DNA of 64,000 bases, taken from positions 416,001 through 480,000 of the forward strand of contig CBDAOY010000004.1 of the NCBI GenBank assembly GCA_965198225.1, read 5' to 3'. The position numbers and the translations under genes are program-made. Positions 9,495 to 18,271 of the stretch are shown piece after piece. The DNA comes from Terriglobia bacterium (lineage in GTDB: Bacteria; Acidobacteriota; Terriglobia; 20CM-2-55-15). The notes under the pieces are model-generated. The model did not search any database. It saw only the letters and a program-made list of their open reading frames with translations, and was not told the origin of the DNA. Each line of letters opens with the position of its first letter. The stretch's first letter is position 1.

Positions 9495-10889
9495 GTGGGA
9501 GGAAAATCGAACATGCACCCCTTGAAGCCCTCATTCTCACCGCTTGGGTGGAAGCTCTTCGCCCCCTGGAACTTGCGACGCCGTCGGCTGGCTTTCGCGG
9601 CTCGTGCGATCCTGGTCATACTGATTCCCGTCAGCGGGTTTGCGATGATGCAGCGCTCCCCCGTGACGAAACCGTATGTCGAGCTGCAGCACGAAGCGAT
9701 CCGGTATTACACGAGTACTCCCACGGACCCGGTGGCGAAACTCAAGGCTCGTGTGGAACGAGGCGAGGTCGAGCTGAGCTACGACGCCAGGAACGGCTAT
9801 CTGGCTTCGCTGCTGCGCGAACTGGACATCGACATCTCTTCTCAGTTGCTCGTTGCCTCCAAGACGAGCCTGCAGATCGACTACATCTCGCCCACCACTC
9901 CCCGCGCGATCTACTTCAACGACAGCGTCTACGTCGGGTGGGTCCAGGGGAGCCCGGCCATCGAGCTCTCGTCAGTCGATCCGAAGCTGGGGGCGGTCTT
10001 CTACACCGTCGAGAACGAGCCTGGCAAGGGGGCGAAGTTCGATCACAAGATGGGCGTCTGTCTCCAATGTCACAACCCGTCCCTGCCGAGCCACGTCATG
10101 ACCTCGGTAATCCCGGACCCGCGCGGTCTGCCCGTCTTCACCGCCGGTCTCTTCAGCACGAGCGACCAGAGCCCGCTCCCGGAACGTTGGGGCGGGTGGT
10201 ACGTCACAGGCACCCATGGCGGCCAGGTGCACATGGGTAACCTGATCGCGGACGTTCCACCGTCCCCGCCGGGAATATCGCGGGTCAAGGTCAAGGTGGA
10301 CCGGAGCGAGGGCGCCAACATGACGAAGCTGGCGGCGGAAAAAGTGGACACCTCGCCCTACCTGGGCAGCTACAGCGACATCGTCGCGTTGATGGTCCTT
10401 GGTCACCAGGTGAACGTCAGCAACCAGATCACGAACCTGGGCTATGAGACGCGGAAGGTGCTCCAGGAACGCGGGGCAGGTGACCTCTCGCCGGACGCAT
10501 CGAAGCGGATCGAAGACGCGGTCGAGTCGCTGGTCCGTGCGATGCTGTTCACCGGTGAGGTGACGCTGACGTCTCCGATCGACGGCACGTCCGGCTTCTC
10601 CGATCATTTCGCGAGCCGGGGCCCATGGGACGACAAAGGCCGGTCTCTCCGGCAGCTTGACCTTAATCGGAGATTGTTCCGTTACCCGCTGAGCTATCTC
10701 ATCTACTCCGAGTCTTTCCAGGCTCTGCCCGAGGTGGCCAGGGGCCAGGTCTACCTGCGACTGTGGGAGGTGCTCGAGGGCGGGGACACCGGTGACACGT
10801 TCGCGCACCTGTCCGGGAGGGATCGGACAGCGATCCTCGAGATCCTGGAAGAGACCGAGCCGGGGTTCGCAGCGCAGCGGACGAAGTAA
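9495..10889 (+). CDS. Conserved exported protein with one CxxCH heme-binding motif (start uncertain)
   Basis: SQLLVASKTSLQ, PRAIYFNDSVYVGWV, CLQCH, ERWGGWYVTG, SDIVALMVLGHQ, GRSLRQLDL..RLFRYPLSYLIYS. Confidence 0.75.
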   Translation: MGGKSNMHPLKPSFSPLGWKLFAPWNLRRRRLAFAARAILVILIPVSGFAMMQRSPVTKPYVELQHEAIRYYTSTPTDPVAKLKARVERGEVELSYDARNGYLASLLRELDIDISSQLLVASKTSLQIDYISPTTPRAIYFNDSVYVGWVQGSPAIELSSVDPKLGAVFYTVENEPGKGAKFDHKMGVCLQCHNPSLPSHVMTSVIPDPRGLPVFTAGLFSTSDQSPLPERWGGWYVTGTHGGQVHMGNLIADVPPSPPGISRVKVKVDRSEGANMTKLAAEKVDTSPYLGSYSDIVALMVLGHQVNVSNQITNLGYETRKVLQERGAGDLSPDASKRIEDAVESLVRAMLFTGEVTLTSPIDGTSGFSDHFASRGPWDDKGRSLRQLDLNRRLFRYPLSYLIYSESFQALPEVARGQVYLRLWEVLEGGDTGDTFAHLSGRDRTAILEILEETEPGFAAQRTK

Positions 10890-10953
10890 CGGTCCGGGGA
10901 CCCACATTCGTCCGCACGCGGCGGCGGCAACTCGGCAAAGAGGTCTCGGTCCT

Positions 10954-11015
10954 GTAGGTGCGCTCTATGAGCGCACACGCAACGGAAACAATGTGCGGTC
11001 ATAGACCGCACCTAC
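10954..11015. repeat. GTAG-type REP doublet
   Basis: GTAGGTGCGCTCTATGAGCGCAC ... GTGCGGTCATAGACCGCACCTAC. Confidence 0.85.
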
Positions 11016-11105
11016 ACATCGTTCATACACACGCCCTCCGGACAAAGGATGGATCCCGCCGCAGATCTCTCAACCAGAAGATGACCCGATGCTATCCTGC
11101 ACCGA

Positions 11106-13136
11106 GTGAAGCTCTACGTCTCAGGCGGGATGACGTTTGTGGCTGTGCTCTGGATGGCGGCCACGCCGCCTGCAGTCCGTGCGCAGGACCCGGCCGCCTG
11201 TGATGCGTTGTCCACGGCCGATCGCGACGGTCAGGTTCAGATCGTGGAGTCGACGCCGTCCTGCGCCAGCACTCTCGTGGGTCTTCTGGTCGCCGACCCG
11301 GCAAGTTACGTGGACGCCTTCGGCACGTTGATTTCAAGTTCCACCATCACCGAGTCACTTTTTTTTGCGACTTATGAGGAACTCCGTCAGGGCAGGATGC
11401 GCTTCGACCGTGAGGGCGTCGACCTGCTGCTCTCTGAGCTCCCTTCCGATATCGCAGCCTGCCAGAATCTATCCCGGTGCGGGGACTGGAACACCTTTAT
11501 CCTGTCCGGACTCCAGACCGGAGGGATGTTCCAGTGTCCGGATGTGGCGGGCCTCAGCGCGTGGCAGTTACTGGCGAACCTGCCGTATGGGGATTACAAC
11601 TGCACGGAGGCCATCGCCGGAGCCCTGGGCGCCCTGGAGTTTGCTTCTCCGCAGGACGAAGCGGCCATCCAACTGCTGATCCTCCTCGGGGAGGCCCGTC
11701 GGGAGGGGTGGTCGCGCAGGAACGCGCTTCGCGCTCTGGGCCGGTTGGCCGAACGGCCCGAAGGCAGCGACGCGCGACGTCTGGTGCTTTCGGTTTACGC
11801 TTCGAACCTGGAGGCGATGCTCCACCGCCGCCTTGCGCGCGACCGCTCCGAAGATGTCCTACACGACGCGATCTGGATACTGGACACGTTTTTCTATCCC
11901 CACTACGAGACCCAGAAATACCTGGAAACGATCACTGCCGATCCCACTTTCCATACCTCGCTCCGTTTCCGGGCGGCACGGGCGTGGAGCCGTCTCATCT
12001 GGGCCGGGAGCGGCCCGATCGCCGATCGGGAACTCGAGTTCATCGTCCGATCCATGGACTCCGACGATGCATGGGTCCGCGCCGAGGCGGCGTACGTTGC
12101 CGAAACCATGGGCGACGATCGAATGAATTCGGCGATCCGCAGCCGCATTGTTGCAGCGCTCGAACGGAGTTGGAGAATCGAGTCCGAACTGATCGCGCAG
12201 GTGTACGTCGCCCAGGCCCTGGACTACTACAACGGTTCCGACCTGCGCACCGCGCTGCGAACGGATTGGGAGGCGACGCATCTGGGTAGCACGTTCACCG
12301 GACTCGGGTTGACGATTCGCTCCGGTCTTTCCGAGGACGATTTGCCGACATTCGCGACGACCATCGAGAACACGCGGGCGGCTTTCTTCGACATTCTGGG
12401 ATCGGCGTTTGCGACGCCCGTTCCTGAAGACACCAACGCAGCCATGACGCTCTTTCTCTTCGGCAGCCGAGACCGCTATTCCGAATACATGAGCCTGTTC
12501 GTCGGGTACGGTCAGGATGCGGGAGGGCTCTACCTGGAAAACGAAGGTGCGCTCTACACTTATCAGCGGACTCCTGCCGAGAGCATCTTCACGGTCGAGG
12601 AGTTGATCCAGCACGAGTACAGCCACTACCTGCAGGGCCGGTACGTGTATCCGGGTCTGTGGGCCGACGCCGGGTACCACGATCAGCCCAAGGGCTGGCT
12701 GGACGAGGGCTTGGCCGAAGTGCTTGCCGGCGCCGTGTTCGAGGCGAACGGCGCCTACAGCCTTCCCGTCCGGCCCGCGCATCTTTCCTCCATATGCAGC
12801 ACGCCGCCCGCGCTCGTAACCCTTCTCGAACGTCGCGCCGGCTACGACCAGACCGGAACGTTCGACTATCCGTCGGCGTGGGCCTTCAGTTACTTCCTGA
12901 CTACCGGGGAACTCTCCGTGCTACGCGGCGTGGCCGGTGCCTACCGGGACCAAACGTACCAGTTGACCGACTTCCGAAGCGCGGCCGGCCGCGACGTCCC
13001 CGACCTCGAACAGGCCTGGCATGCAGCGATTCCGGCATGGTGCGCCACCAGCCAACCGGTGACCCGTTCCTATGCCGCGTCGATCTCTCATCAGGACGGA
13101 CCCGAGCCGATCCTGCATCTCCGACCCCGAAAGTGA
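11106..13136 (+). CDS. Exported M9-family (microbial collagenase-like) zinc metallopeptidase with helical-repeat N-terminus
   Basis: GGLYLENEGALYTYQRTPAESIFTVEELIQHEYSHYLQGRYVYPGLW...WLDEGLAE matches the collagenase HEXXH plus downstream Glu pattern; signal peptide. Confidence 0.8.
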   Translation: MKLYVSGGMTFVAVLWMAATPPAVRAQDPAACDALSTADRDGQVQIVESTPSCASTLVGLLVADPASYVDAFGTLISSSTITESLFFATYEELRQGRMRFDREGVDLLLSELPSDIAACQNLSRCGDWNTFILSGLQTGGMFQCPDVAGLSAWQLLANLPYGDYNCTEAIAGALGALEFASPQDEAAIQLLILLGEARREGWSRRNALRALGRLAERPEGSDARRLVLSVYASNLEAMLHRRLARDRSEDVLHDAIWILDTFFYPHYETQKYLETITADPTFHTSLRFRAARAWSRLIWAGSGPIADRELEFIVRSMDSDDAWVRAEAAYVAETMGDDRMNSAIRSRIVAALERSWRIESELIAQVYVAQALDYYNGSDLRTALRTDWEATHLGSTFTGLGLTIRSGLSEDDLPTFATTIENTRAAFFDILGSAFATPVPEDTNAAMTLFLFGSRDRYSEYMSLFVGYGQDAGGLYLENEGALYTYQRTPAESIFTVEELIQHEYSHYLQGRYVYPGLWADAGYHDQPKGWLDEGLAEVLAGAVFEANGAYSLPVRPAHLSSICSTPPALVTLLERRAGYDQTGTFDYPSAWAFSYFLTTGELSVLRGVAGAYRDQTYQLTDFRSAAGRDVPDLEQAWHAAIPAWCATSQPVTRSYAASISHQDGPEPILHLRPRK

Positions 13137-15313
13137 AGAGCGTCGCGCGATGCCTCGCGGTTTCGATGCTGATCCTGGCCTCGCGAACCCCGGCCGGAGC
13201 CCAGGGCTTCGACGGCATCTGGACCGGCACGACGTCCCAGGGCCACACCTTGAGCTTCACCGTTCTGGACCAGTCCCTGAGCGCGGTGGAATTCGGTTTC
13301 GACTCTTCGGGAGGCGCGGTAGCGACGTTCAGCGGGCAAGTGAGTCCGTCGCTCGGCGTTAGCGGGAGCGCGGTCTCCGGATCCGTCGGCGTCTGCTACC
13401 GGATTGAGGGAACGTTCACGGCATCGACAACCGCCTCCGGGAGCATATCGATTACGGGCGAGCCCGCCTGCGCGGCTCTCGGAGCGGCCGGCTTCACGTG
13501 GAGCGCGTCTCTGGAGACGCCACCGTCGAATGACAACTTCTCAAACGCGACAATGCTCGTTGACACCGAGCGCTCGGTCGCGGGCTCGACACGAGGGGGA
13601 ACGACCGAGGCCGGAGAGCCCACCCATCACGCGACGACCAGCGCAGCAGCGTCGGTGTGGTGGAGCTGGGTGGCCCCATCCCTGGGTCACGTCACATTCG
13701 ATACGGCTGGCAGCGATTTCGACACGGTCCTCGCAGTCTACGAAGGTGCTACGCTGACCACTCTCGGGACGGTGGCCTCCAACGATGACGATCTCGGGGT
13801 GGAAACGAGCCGCGTGTCGTTCGTGGCCGTGGCTGGCCGCACGTATCACCTCGCTGTGGCCGGTTTTCTCGGACAAACAGGAAGCATGCGGTTGAACTGG
13901 ACGGCCATACGATCCATGGGACTCGAATTCGATCTGCCCGACCGGGGCGTCTCGGAATCGACTTCAAGCAACGGTGCGTCGTTGCGGACCGGCTCGGTGA
14001 TGGTCGAGCCGGCGTTGGGAAACGTGGCCCCGGCCGGAATTGCCATCCTTGGGTTCCGCCGGGACGGCATTCTGATAAGCGAGGTCGCGATACCGGCTGT
14101 CCGGCCACTCACCGGAGTCCGACTCTATGCGGAGGTTGCGGGTCCGCTCAACACGGGAGTGGCCATCGCTAACCCGGGCTCCACGCCGTCCGACGTCTCT
14201 TTCGTTGTCACCGGTTCGGACGGCGGCACGGTGACCGACGGCCTGATGACACTCTCCGCGGGCCAACAACTGGCCCGCTTCCTTACCGAGGCCCCTTTCA
14301 GTGTAGCTGCGCTGAGTGGGGGAACGCTGACGCTTTCTGCGTCGTCGCCCGTCGCCGTGACTGCCCTGCGGCTGTTCACCAACGAGCGGTTGGAGCTGTT
14401 CATGACGGCCATCCCGGCGGTGGATCTGTCCTTGCCGGTGGGCAGCGACGTCGTCGTCCTGCCTCATTTTGCCGACGGAAGCGGTTGGAAGACCCATCTC
14501 CTTCTGGTGAATCCCACCGACGCCGTGACCGCCGGCACCCTCTCGTTTACCGAGCCCGGGACCCCGACATCCCCTCCCGGCTCGTCCCTGGTGGAACTCG
14601 AGGGCAACGATACGTACCAATACTCGCTCCCACCGCGGAGCGGTCAGCGTATCGAGACACGAGGCGTTCTCCCCGGGCTTCGCGTCGGATCCGTCCGGCT
14701 CGGGCCTGCATCGGGAAGCGCCGCGCCGTTCGTGTCGGCGATCTTCGCGTTCGAGACCGACGGAATCACCGTGTCGGAAACAGGCGCAACGAGCGAGACG
14801 GCCGGCGCATTACGAACCTACGTCGAATCGGAGGGACTGGCGGGGGCGGCGGGCTCGATCCGGAGCGGGGTCGCCATCGCCAACCTGGCGTCCACGCCGA
14901 TAACCGTCGACCTGGAAGTCACCGACTCGGCCGGCGTGCTTCTTCCCATGACGGGCTCGATCAGTCTGCAGGCGCGCGGTCAACTCGCCGGATTCCTCGA
15001 CGACCTTCCGGGCTTCGAGACGCTCTCCTCGCCTTTTCGCGGCGTTCTGCGGGTTTCAACGACCGCCGCGGAGGGAATCGTCGCGACGGCCATCCGGGGC
15101 CGGGTCAACGAGCGCGGCGATTTTCTGATGGCGACGACCCCTCCGGCGCCCGAAACACGCCTGGGCCTGTTCGGCCCCGTCTACTTCGCCCACTTTGCCG
15201 ACGGCGCCGGCTTTACCACCGAGTTCATCCTTCTCGGGGCGACGCTGGAGCGACCGACGTCCGGTTTCGTCTGGTTCTTCGATCCTTCCGGAGCGCCGAT
15301 CAGCCCGCCCTAG
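13133..15313 (+). CDS. Large exported beta-rich protein with PPC-like domain and repeated modules
   Basis: GTG 13133 overlaps the upstream TGA; signal peptide; PPSNDNFSNA..SVWWSWVAP..FDTAGSDFDTVLAVY; twice-repeated GVAIAN and (P/A)HFADG modules. Confidence 0.75.
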   Translation: MKSVARCLAVSMLILASRTPAGAQGFDGIWTGTTSQGHTLSFTVLDQSLSAVEFGFDSSGGAVATFSGQVSPSLGVSGSAVSGSVGVCYRIEGTFTASTTASGSISITGEPACAALGAAGFTWSASLETPPSNDNFSNATMLVDTERSVAGSTRGGTTEAGEPTHHATTSAAASVWWSWVAPSLGHVTFDTAGSDFDTVLAVYEGATLTTLGTVASNDDDLGVETSRVSFVAVAGRTYHLAVAGFLGQTGSMRLNWTAIRSMGLEFDLPDRGVSESTSSNGASLRTGSVMVEPALGNVAPAGIAILGFRRDGILISEVAIPAVRPLTGVRLYAEVAGPLNTGVAIANPGSTPSDVSFVVTGSDGGTVTDGLMTLSAGQQLARFLTEAPFSVAALSGGTLTLSASSPVAVTALRLFTNERLELFMTAIPAVDLSLPVGSDVVVLPHFADGSGWKTHLLLVNPTDAVTAGTLSFTEPGTPTSPPGSSLVELEGNDTYQYSLPPRSGQRIETRGVLPGLRVGSVRLGPASGSAAPFVSAIFAFETDGITVSETGATSETAGALRTYVESEGLAGAAGSIRSGVAIANLASTPITVDLEVTDSAGVLLPMTGSISLQARGQLAGFLDDLPGFETLSSPFRGVLRVSTTAAEGIVATAIRGRVNERGDFLMATTPPAPETRLGLFGPVYFAHFADGAGFTTEFILLGATLERPTSGFVWFFDPSGAPISPP

Positions 15314-15584
15314 TGGCCTGTAACAGTGCTATCGGTACCATCGCCGATGGGTCTTGCGGGCGAGGTCGAGGAGGGAGACGGAAAGCGATGCTCATTCATC
15401 GGTGACGGCTTCCGACAAAGAGATCGCCCGCAACCCCCATCGGCCCAAAGGGTTCGGCGGAACGGCGCCGTCTTCGGTGTCGTAACTCCCTCGCAATGAA
15501 ACAGCATTGGCTCGGGCGTCACTCCTAGAATCCGACGCCGTTCCGCCGAACGCTGGTACCGATAGCACTGTTACAGGTCACTAG
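15310..15584. mobile_element. 275-bp CTAG-bounded structured element, copy 2 (inverted relative to copy 1)
   Basis: CTAGTGGCCTGTAACAG...CTGTTACAGGTCACTAG; left CTAG contains the TAG stop of 13133..15313. Confidence 0.85.
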
Positions 15585-15837
15585 CAGCCGCACGGCAAGT
15601 GGAAGGCAGTCCGACTGCTTGAAGCCCCGAAGCAACCGAAATCGGCACAACCCATCCCTGGCGACTGTAGAACGGCAGACCCTCAAGACAGCCCATGAGA
15701 GAGGGGAACGCGGCGGCTGCGTCCGGCCGGAGAGGACCAACGGTGGCGGGGGCTGCTGCAGAACAATTCGACGAACCGAAAAGAATCGTATATGATCCGA
15801 AACCACCGACCGCAGCCTGTCAAGACACATCCTTATT

Positions 15838-16326
15838 ATGAACGACGACGAGCGCACGAGTTCTCCGAGCAAGGCCGAGCAACTGGCCCAGGACGCCATG
15901 GCCGAGGTTTCCCGTGAAGAGACCATCGAGCAGGAGCGATCCGAAGCGGAAGCGCAGCCAAAGTCTGGTCCCGGTCAATACGTCGTTATGACGATTGTTC
16001 TTTTGCTGTTGGCGCTGCTGATCGGCCTCAACTTTGCAGGACGAATGCCGTTTCAAGTGGTGACGCCGACCGTCTCGGAGGACGAACTCCAACACAACCT
16101 GCGCGTGGCGCTCAATTACGCGGTCCGACGGATCGAGTCCTATCGACTCGCTAACGATAGGTATCCAGCAAATCTGGCGGAGATCGGGGGTTCGGATCAA
16201 GCGGGCTGGACGTTCGCTCTGACTGAAGGAGGGTACCGGATCGCGGTGTCGGAAGGGCCCGTGACTGTGGAATACGATTCCAGCCAGGACGCGGATGCTT
16301 TCTTCGCCGACGTGAGGCAGCGATGA
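15838..16326 (+). CDS. Single-TM pseudopilin-like hypothetical protein
   Basis: One TM helix; RIESYRLANDRYPANLAEI resembles the GspG-type helix; ATGA overlap with the next gene. Confidence 0.55.
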   Translation: MNDDERTSSPSKAEQLAQDAMAEVSREETIEQERSEAEAQPKSGPGQYVVMTIVLLLLALLIGLNFAGRMPFQVVTPTVSEDELQHNLRVALNYAVRRIESYRLANDRYPANLAEIGGSDQAGWTFALTEGGYRIAVSEGPVTVEYDSSQDADAFFADVRQR

Positions 16327-16805
16327 GACCGAATACGGGGAGAAAGATGGTCTTGGATCAGCGCGGCCTCACGGCGGTCGAATTAATTATCGTTGTCGGC
16401 ATCATCTTGGTCATAGCTGCTCTCGCCATGCCTGCAATCTCTCGGGCGCTCGTGCAGGCGCGAGTTGCGGCCATCATCGCCGACTTCCGAGTGGTCGAGG
16501 CTGCGGCGACGGATTACTATCTCGAGAACGATGCGTGGCCTGCCGAAAAAGCCGCGGGTGAAGCTCCTCCAGAAATGGACGAATACCTTCAAAATCAGTT
16601 CGACTGGTCCTCGCCCTTTCGCTACGACTGGGAGAACCTGATCGGTCCGGACGGTCAGCCGACCCAAGAGGAGTCGGGTATCGCGATCGGATTCGCCGTT
16701 CGCACGACTGATCCGGTGCTCTTGCAGTTGCTCCAGAACTCCTGGGACGGTCCGCTCTATGTGGTCGAGGGTTTCGGTGTGACGTTCACGATCGAGCCGC
16801 TTTGA
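16323..16805 (+). CDS. Prepilin-type N-terminal cleavage/methylation domain protein
   Basis: QRG|LTAVELIIVVGIILVIAALAMP class III signal with Glu at +5. Confidence 0.85.
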   Translation: MRPNTGRKMVLDQRGLTAVELIIVVGIILVIAALAMPAISRALVQARVAAIIADFRVVEAAATDYYLENDAWPAEKAAGEAPPEMDEYLQNQFDWSSPFRYDWENLIGPDGQPTQEESGIAIGFAVRTTDPVLLQLLQNSWDGPLYVVEGFGVTFTIEPL

Positions 16806-16894
16806 GTTCTTGATCTGTCCCGCGCGCCTCTCCCTAAGGCTGCAGCCAAACCCACAAAGAGCCCACGTTCAATCACCGGACTACCGACCTCGTC

Positions 16895-17059
16895 GTAGTG
16901 GCCTGTAACCCCCATCGGCCCGAAGGGTTCGGCCCAACGGCGCCGTCTTCGGTGTCGTAACGCCCTCGCAATGAAACAGCAGTGGCTCGGGCGTCACTCC
17001 TAGAATCCGCCGCCGTTCGGCCGAACGCTGGTACCGATAGCACTGTTACAGGCCACTAG
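16895..17059. mobile_element. Internally deleted copy (165 bp) of the CTAG-bounded element, copy 3
   Basis: GTAGTGGCCTGTAAC joined directly to CCCCATCGGCCCGAAGGG; right end CTGTTACAGGCCACTAG. Confidence 0.8.
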
Positions 17060-17106
17060 GGTCTCGAATCTCCGACCTCGAATTTCGATTGTCCAATTTC
17101 TGGGCG

Positions 17107-17745
17107 CTATTCGCGCCGCAGCGCGATCATCGGATCGACGCGTGTCGCCCGGCGCGCGGGGATGTAGCTGGCAAGCAGAGCGACGAGCGTAACGAAGACG
17201 GCCGCAGCGGCGTAGGTCGGCGCATCCAGTGGTTCGACGCCCAACAAGGCCGTGGCGAGGAGCCGCGTCGCCAGCGTCGCGCCAGCCACTCCCATACCGA
17301 TGCAGGCGACGATCGTGACGATCCCCTGACCGAGAACCATCCCGACAATGCGGCCGTGGCGTGCTCCGAGAGCGATGCGGATTCCCATTTCGTGCGTCCG
17401 TCGGACGACGGACTGCGAGACGGCACCGTAGAGACCAACCGATGCCAGCAGCAAACGCGAAGATTCCGATCAGCAGGGCACGGTAACGTTCCTCGCCGAG
17501 GGTGTTGGAGATCAGCCCTTCGATCATGTCCACACGGTCGACGGGTAGCATCGTATCTACGGCCCCAATCTCTGTGCGGAGGGCGGCAACGAGCCCGGTC
17601 GGATCGTTTTCGGTCCGCACGAGCAGGTGCATGAACGAACGTTCCTCACCGTCGGGCATGAAGAACTCCGTCCGTCGAGCCGAACACCATGACGCGAAGA
17701 CGCCACCGGAGGTCGTGAAACAGTGACTGAAAGGCGTGCTGTCAT
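17107..17745 (-). pseudogene. Collapsed ADOP permease pseudogene
   Basis: ATG 17745 coupled to the PadR stop; N-terminal SLFHDLRWRLR is out of frame, then the sequence jumps to C-terminal LLVRTENDP..ERYRALLIGIFA; frameshift near 17450; ends VGLYGAVSQSVVRRTHEMGIRIALGA..DPMIALRRE. Confidence 0.8.
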
Positions 17746-18083
17746 CCGGCGCCTCCGGCCGACCGAATCAAGCGATCGACCGCCTCCGTGAACAATGCCC
17801 AGCCCGACAGCTGGTTGCCCAGTTCGCGGCGGCCCGTCGCGGTGATGCGATACACCTTCGCCTTTCGTCCGAGCTCGGAATCCCTCCACTTCGCTTTAAT
17901 CCATCCCCTGCGTTCCAGCCGGTAGAGGCACGGATAAAGCGATCCGTGCTCGACGTCGAGCACGTCACTACCGACTCGACACAGGTGCTTCCGGATGGCG
18001 TAGCCGTGCAAGGGTCGGGATTCGAGTGTCTGGAGTATGAGCAGGTCCAGGGTTCCGTGCAGCAGATCCGCGTTTCGTGTCAC
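17742..18083 (-). CDS. PadR-family transcriptional regulator
   Basis: LLHGTLDLLILQTL..HGYAI..GSLYPCLYRLE..GW..RKAKVYRITATG; GGAGG RBS. Confidence 0.9.
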   Translation of the reverse strand: MTRNADLLHGTLDLLILQTLESRPLHGYAIRKHLCRVGSDVLDVEHGSLYPCLYRLERRGWIKAKWRDSELGRKAKVYRITATGRRELGNQLSGWALFTEAVDRLIRSAGGAG

Positions 18084-18112
18084 TTCTTCAGACCTCCGAT
18101 CCGGCGGAGTAT

Positions 18113-18129
18113 ATATAGATTATCTAAAT
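18113..18129. promoter_or_regulatory. AT-rich palindrome upstream of padR (putative operator)
   Basis: ATATAGATTATCTAAAT in a GC-rich context. Confidence 0.45.
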
Positions 18130-18271
18130 AACACAATCGAGCTATGTGATCGCGGTTGGGGTTGTAGGGGAGTAACGCGGTAGCGATCAGGCCTCGCCTG
18201 GCGCGGCAACGAGAAGCGCTCGGATCAACAGGCTGTGTAACAGTCGCACGCTCGCCTGGCGCCGGACGCAG

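Noticed and set aside
12659-13132. 5' extension of the 884-aa ORF
   Set aside because: It overlaps the M9 peptidase in another frame and is Arg/Pro-rich; the signal peptide starts at GTG 13133.
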